Assembly: GCA_048940925.1 (NCBI GenBank)
Contig: JBHLOC010000026.1
Coordinates: 9,569-73,568, forward strand
Direction: 5' to 3'
Length of the DNA: 64,000 nt
Source: Promethearchaeota archaeon
GTDB lineage: Archaea; Asgardarchaeota; Lokiarchaeia; Sigyniarchaeales; SOKP01
Below, piece after piece: positions 59,117-64,000 of the stretch. The notes beneath the pieces were generated by a model. The model did no database searches and was not told the origin of the DNA. It worked only from the letters and a program-made list of their open reading frames with translations. Within the stretch, counting starts at the first letter, position 1. Every line of letters begins with the position of its first letter. The position numbers and the translations under genes were made by a program.

Positions 59117-62100
59117 TTAAGTCACTTTATAACTAATTAAATCTATACCAGTTAATAAGTCAATCATCTTATTAATCTGAAATTTATTAAAATTATTTTG
59201 ATTTATAGCGCCATTTGAACATTCTACGACGCAAGCTCCGCAACCTTTACAAAGAACTTCAATTATATGAGCCTTTCTTAAAGTTGTAGTGTATAAACCG
59301 ATTTGTTTACTAATTTCAACTAATTCGATAGCATTATACGGGCAGATTTCAATACATGTGCCGCATCCTATACATTTTTCTTCGTTTATATAAGAAGTTA
59401 TACATTCGGTTTCTATTTCCCCTTTAACCATTATTATTGCCGATCTACCAGCAGCTCCATATGCTTGAATAATACTTTCGCCTATCCATTTTGGCCAATG
59501 AGCGCCCCCACATAAGAAAATACCTTCTGTAGCAAAATCTATCGGCCTAAGTTTCGCATCAGCTTCTAAGAAAAATCCATCTTTATTTGTTGATACTTTT
59601 AGAAGTTTTGCCAATTGTTCAGTGCCATTAGCAGGAACTTTAGGGGTAGCCAATATTAATAGATCAGTATTATATTCTATTTCTGTTTGAGCACCTATAT
59701 TTTTATATAAAATGAGAAATTTACCATTTTCATCACTGATTTTAATATCATCAATTGAACGGTATTTTTCATAAATAACTTTTTTTCGAAGTCCTCGCCA
59801 TAGATTTTCAGCATTTAAATCTGAGAGTTGAAACTCTCTATATAAAATATGAATATGAGCATTAGGATTGATGCTTAATAATTTTTCAATATTTTTTAAT
59901 GCTACTCCGCAACAAATATTTGAACAATAAGTTTTAATATCAACATCATCATTAAATTCGTTTCTTCTTTGATCTACACATAATATTATGGTTGCATCGT
60001 TAAATCCTGGAACGTCTACATCTTTCATTGCTGTTAATTCTGTTTGGGTAAGCACGCGTCTAGGATATTTTTCTGATAAATCTACCCATCTATTTGTCTT
60101 AATTTGCTTGGTTCCCGTAGCTACTATTATTGTACCCACTTTGAATATTTGATCTTTTGATTCATCTTGAATATTCTTAATTCTAACCTGATAATTTCCA
60201 ACATAACCTTGAATATCAACCACTTCTGTGTTAAATAAAATATGAACATTAGTTCTGTTTTTCAAATCATTAATTTCCCGTAAAATTTCATTTTTTGTAA
60301 TAGGTATATAATATAAATCAATAAATTCGAGTGCAACGCCTCCAAGAAAAGATTTTTTCTCTACGAGATAAATTTCAAATCCTTGGTTTGCTAAGTTATG
60401 GGCAGCACTGATGCCTGCTATTCCACCACCAATTATTAGAGTTGATTTTTTAACTTTAACTTTAATGTTTTCTAATGGTTTTAAATTAATTACTTTTGCT
60501 AAATACATTCTAATTAAATCGCATGCTTTTTTAGTTGCTTTTTTGGGTTCATTTTGATGAACCCAAGAATCTTGATTTCTTATATTTACTAGTTCAAATA
60601 AAAATGGATTCAATCCTGCCTCTCTTAAGGTTTTCTTGAAAAGTTGTTCATGAGTTCGAGGAGTACAAGAAGCAACTATAAATCTATTAAGATTATATTT
60701 TGTTATTAATTTCTTAATTCGTTCTTGGGAATCAGAACTACAAGAATACATATTTTCTTCAACATGAACTACATATGGCAATGTTGAAACATAATCTACT
60801 ACTTCATTAACATTAACAATACCTCCGATATTAATTCCGCATTGACAAACCAAAATACCTACACGAGGTTCATCTTCTGGTTTTACTGGTATTTCTGGAG
60901 GATATCTTAATTCCTTTATATTTTGAAATCTAACAGAATATAATTTTTCACTAATTTTTGCAGCGCAAGCAGAACCTTCAGCGACTGCCATTTGAATATC
61001 ATTAGGTTTTCTAGAATAACCTGTCACGAATACATTCTTATTTTCAAGTAAGATTATATCTTCTTCACGAATATATCCTAAATCGCTACATTCTACATTA
61101 AGTTGTTCTAATAGTTTATAGTAAGAGGGAGCTGGAGATAATGCACTAGCTAATACGGCCATATCTACTTCAAAAGTCCCAACTTTTTGTTTGTCAACAT
61201 CCTCATAATATAATTTTAGCTTTCCGTTATCAAAATTTTCTTTAATATATGAAACATGACCATTAACATAGTTAACTTTATATTCGTTTTTACTTTTTTC
61301 AATAAATTCATAAAAATTTTTACCTTTAGCTCTGATTTCTGTATTAAAAATATAACATTCAATGTTTGGATCATGTTCTTTAACAACAATCGCTTCTTTA
61401 GCCGAATTCATACAACATATAGCAGAACAATATTTTTTACATTCAGGATGATGAACATCTCGAGATCCGACACATTGTATAAATGCAATAGAATGAGGAT
61501 GTTTTTTATCATCTAATCTTATAATTTGACCACCAGTAGGTCCATTTGCAGATAAAAGACGCTCAAATTGCATACTTGATAAGACATTAGGAGAAGAACC
61601 TGCAAAAAAATCATATACTTCTGGCATTTTTTGAGTATATCCTGTAGCAATAACAATAGCTCCTACCTTTAAATTTATTTCTTCTGGTTTTTGTAAAAAA
61701 TCTATCGCATCTGCATCACATACTTTAGCACAAAGACCACATATTTGATAATTAAAATATAAACATTTTGTATCATCAATAAGATAAACTGGAGGCACTG
61801 ACGATGGAAAAGGAATATATATAGCACCTCGAGTTTTTAAATGGGTATCAAATTCGCTAGGAATCCCTTTAACTGGACAAACTTTTTCACATTCTCCACA
61901 GCCTTTACAAACATCTTCTTTAACATATCTTGGTTTTTTTACAACAGTAATAGTATAATTTCCAACTGATCCTTCAATTTTTTTAACGTAAGAATAAGAA
62001 ATTAATTCTATATTTGGATTTCTATAGATATCAACCATTTTTGGAGCTAAAATGCACAAACTACAATCAAGTGTTGGAAATATTTTATCTAGTTGAGCCA

Positions 62101-62230
62101 TAGTTCCACCTATTGTTGGTTTAATTTCAACTAAATATACTCTAAAACCTAATTTAGTGAGATCTAATGAAGTCTGTATACCTGCAATTCCACCTCCTAT
62201 TACCAAAACACTACTCTGCAATTTCAACAT
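59117..62230 (-). CDS. hdrA: large HdrA-like protein with two FAD modules
   Basis: GGGIAG twice; LDKIFPTLDCSLC, QCVGSR, YCSAICC; internal CQCG domain; second YCSNICC; terminal 2x[4Fe-4S]. Confidence 0.93.
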   Translation of the reverse strand: MLKLQSSVLVIGGGIAGIQTSLDLTKLGFRVYLVEIKPTIGGTMAQLDKIFPTLDCSLCILAPKMVDIYRNPNIELISYSYVKKIEGSVGNYTITVVKKPRYVKEDVCKGCGECEKVCPVKGIPSEFDTHLKTRGAIYIPFPSSVPPVYLIDDTKCLYFNYQICGLCAKVCDADAIDFLQKPEEINLKVGAIVIATGYTQKMPEVYDFFAGSSPNVLSSMQFERLLSANGPTGGQIIRLDDKKHPHSIAFIQCVGSRDVHHPECKKYCSAICCMNSAKEAIVVKEHDPNIECYIFNTEIRAKGKNFYEFIEKSKNEYKVNYVNGHVSYIKENFDNGKLKLYYEDVDKQKVGTFEVDMAVLASALSPAPSYYKLLEQLNVECSDLGYIREEDIILLENKNVFVTGYSRKPNDIQMAVAEGSACAAKISEKLYSVRFQNIKELRYPPEIPVKPEDEPRVGILVCQCGINIGGIVNVNEVVDYVSTLPYVVHVEENMYSCSSDSQERIKKLITKYNLNRFIVASCTPRTHEQLFKKTLREAGLNPFLFELVNIRNQDSWVHQNEPKKATKKACDLIRMYLAKVINLKPLENIKVKVKKSTLIIGGGIAGISAAHNLANQGFEIYLVEKKSFLGGVALEFIDLYYIPITKNEILREINDLKNRTNVHILFNTEVVDIQGYVGNYQVRIKNIQDESKDQIFKVGTIIVATGTKQIKTNRWVDLSEKYPRRVLTQTELTAMKDVDVPGFNDATIILCVDQRRNEFNDDVDIKTYCSNICCGVALKNIEKLLSINPNAHIHILYREFQLSDLNAENLWRGLRKKVIYEKYRSIDDIKISDENGKFLILYKNIGAQTEIEYNTDLLILATPKVPANGTEQLAKLLKVSTNKDGFFLEADAKLRPIDFATEGIFLCGGAHWPKWIGESIIQAYGAAGRSAIIMVKGEIETECITSYINEEKCIGCGTCIEICPYNAIELVEISKQIGLYTTTLRKAHIIEVLCKGCGACVVECSNGAINQNNFNKFQINKMIDLLTGIDLISYKVT

Positions 62231-62286
62231 TTATCATAGCTCCTTTAAATTTGTAGACTTGTTAATTCTAGTTTATAAGAATAATT

Positions 62287-63537
62287 TTAAAATAGCATTA
62301 ACATTTTTCCAATAAAACTTGCTAAATCTATCACCTTTATTTTATTTCTTAATTTATTATGATCTTCATTTAAAGAATATTCGTTAATATAGCAATTAAA
62401 ATGTGTTAGGCATTTTGGGCAAGGAACAATTAAATAATCGGCACCAGTATTAACAGCTTCAATAATACGATTTTTTCTTAAAATAGAGGTAAATTCATTA
62501 CAATTTGTAAATGTGGAAACACCACAACAATTCGCATCATCTTTAATATTCTCCATTTCAATCAATTGTACTCCTGGAATTTGATTTATTAGTTCTCTGG
62601 GAGCATCATATAATTTTCCACCCAAACGTCCCATTCGACAAGAATCATGATATGTTACTTTAATCTCAAAATTATGAGGAAATCTAATATTTTCAAGAAT
62701 TCCTTCTTTTAGAAAAAATTCAGAAAAATGAAAGACTTTAAAATCAAAATCTTCTATTACTTTTGGATAATCAAATTTCCATGTTCTATATCCTTCAGCA
62801 CACCCAACAATAATTGTTTTTACTCCAGCATCTCTATAAAGCTGAGTATTGTATTCAGCAAATCTTTTGAATGTATCAACATCACCTCTTCCCCATAAAA
62901 TATCATGTCCGCAACATTTATCGTTTAAAACTACTGGTGTTATTTTAATGTTATTAAGTAAATTTATTATTGTAATTGCTATATTGGTATATTTGAAATC
63001 GAAATGATAAAAAAGTTCTTCCATAAGAGGCAAACATCCAATAAAGTAAGCAATTTCGCCCGAGTCTGTCGTTTTTAATGATTTTCCCTTCAAAAATTCT
63101 AATTTATTTGGATTAATAGAATTATTTGCCATTATATTTGAAATTAAGGGGAAGAGACCATTATGAGTTTCACATTGAGCAATTTTCTCAATTTGTGTTT
63201 TATTATTTCTTAATTTCTTTCTCAACTCTAATATTAATTCAGGTATTCTTAATCCCTGATCTGCTTGATTCATTGGACAATATACATTACATTGACCACA
63301 TGTGAAACAATTCCATATATTATGATTATTCAGAGTTTCTTCCAATGGAATAAAAGTTAAATCTTCAATAAACATTCTCGGATTAAAAATATTTAAATGT
63401 GAGAGTGGACAAACATTTACACATCGATTGCAATTATAACAATAATTTACACTTGCTAATACACCCTCAATTAGTCCCTCTGAAATGTGTTTGTTATATT
63501 CACTAAATTTAACTTTATTGCCAATAGAAGAATTCAT
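62287..63537 (-). CDS. HdrD-like (HdrC-HdrB type) Fe-S protein with two CCG domains
   Basis: CYNCNRC-x3-CP, CFTCGQC-x3-CP, GC...CCG...CAEG, YHDSC...CCG...CPKC. Confidence 0.9.
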   Translation of the reverse strand: MNSSIGNKVKFSEYNKHISEGLIEGVLASVNYCYNCNRCVNVCPLSHLNIFNPRMFIEDLTFIPLEETLNNHNIWNCFTCGQCNVYCPMNQADQGLRIPELILELRKKLRNNKTQIEKIAQCETHNGLFPLISNIMANNSINPNKLEFLKGKSLKTTDSGEIAYFIGCLPLMEELFYHFDFKYTNIAITIINLLNNIKITPVVLNDKCCGHDILWGRGDVDTFKRFAEYNTQLYRDAGVKTIIVGCAEGYRTWKFDYPKVIEDFDFKVFHFSEFFLKEGILENIRFPHNFEIKVTYHDSCRMGRLGGKLYDAPRELINQIPGVQLIEMENIKDDANCCGVSTFTNCNEFTSILRKNRIIEAVNTGADYLIVPCPKCLTHFNCYINEYSLNEDHNKLRNKIKVIDLASFIGKMLMLF

Positions 63538-63546
63538 AGATAATTG

Positions 63547-63684
63547 TCACTCACTATAAAATTCAAAATACCCACATTTATAACACTTATAACCGCTCGG
63601 TGCTTTATGTCTATATATATAGTTATTATCTTCTAGTATTGACCCACATTTCGGACAAAATTCTTTAACTTCTTTTTCTTCCAC
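63547..63684 (-). CDS. small zinc-ribbon protein heading the hdr operon (45 aa, not in ORF track)
   Basis: VEEKEVKEFCPKCGSILEDNNYIYRHKAPSGYKCYKCGYFEFYSE; RBS AGGTGA; GTG 63684 or ATT 63690 start. Confidence 0.75.
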   Translation of the reverse strand: MEEKEVKEFCPKCGSILEDNNYIYRHKAPSGYKCYKCGYFEFYSE

Positions 63685-64000
63685 TAAAATCTATTAATCA
63701 CCTATTTTTTTATACCAAAACTAATATTTTTAGTAATTAATTTAATAATTTTTACAATAATGTGTGTTTTTTTTTTAAATATTTTTTTAAAAATCACTAT
63801 CTCTATAATATAAAATGTAACTCAAACTTAAAAATTCTTACTTTTAATGGAGTTATCTAATAATTATTATGATCTATCTCAATACTCAAATCACAAAAAA
63901 CCATAATTATTACTTTATAAAATGATAAAAACCTATAATCTTAATAGAGATATTGACGGAAATAAACAATTTTATACTTTATCTATATACCTTATTAAAC

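Noticed and set aside
725-61516. Numerous short antisense or overlapping ORFs in the track (for example 30327-30854, 41976-42434, 50342-50701, 48448-48699, 44511-44720)
   Set aside because: They shadow well-supported genes, pseudogenes or promoters and have no motifs of their own

Overview
AT-rich archaeal DNA, most consistent with an Asgard archaeon (Lokiarchaeia). The evidence is a tail-less histone, an Sm protein, a Loki-CTERM-like tail, GGTGA ribosome-binding sites, an intron-containing tRNA and a selenoprotein HdrA. 1-25 kb holds a histone next to eight acetyltransferases (six in tandem), transporters, a PAS kinase, AOR with two MoaD-like genes, tRNA-Arg(CCU) with a T-loop intron, and several hydrolases. 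26-48 kb is a NifB/NifX, DUF134, MinD-ferredoxin, Mrp, IscU, DUF5320 and Feo metal/Fe-S region sharing a 20-bp palindrome. It is interrupted by a direct-repeat-bounded glutamate module (gdhA, a SudA/GltD-type enzyme, REC-Lrp, Zn-finger-Lrp and a two-component pair) that has its own CGAA-N5-TTCG operators. 48-64 kb is a heterodisulfide reductase/hydrogenase locus with three very different HdrA paralogs. One is a 678-aa HdrA with three in-frame UGA (Sec) codons and a 3'-UTR SECIS-like hairpin, one is a 1037-aa double HdrA, and one is a winged-helix-HdrA-MvhD fusion co-encoded with a [NiFe]-hydrogenase lacking the C-terminal maturation extension (a candidate H2/redox-sensing regulator). Several genes appear to start at ATA/ATC. 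All family assignments come from motif recognition by eye; no searches were run.
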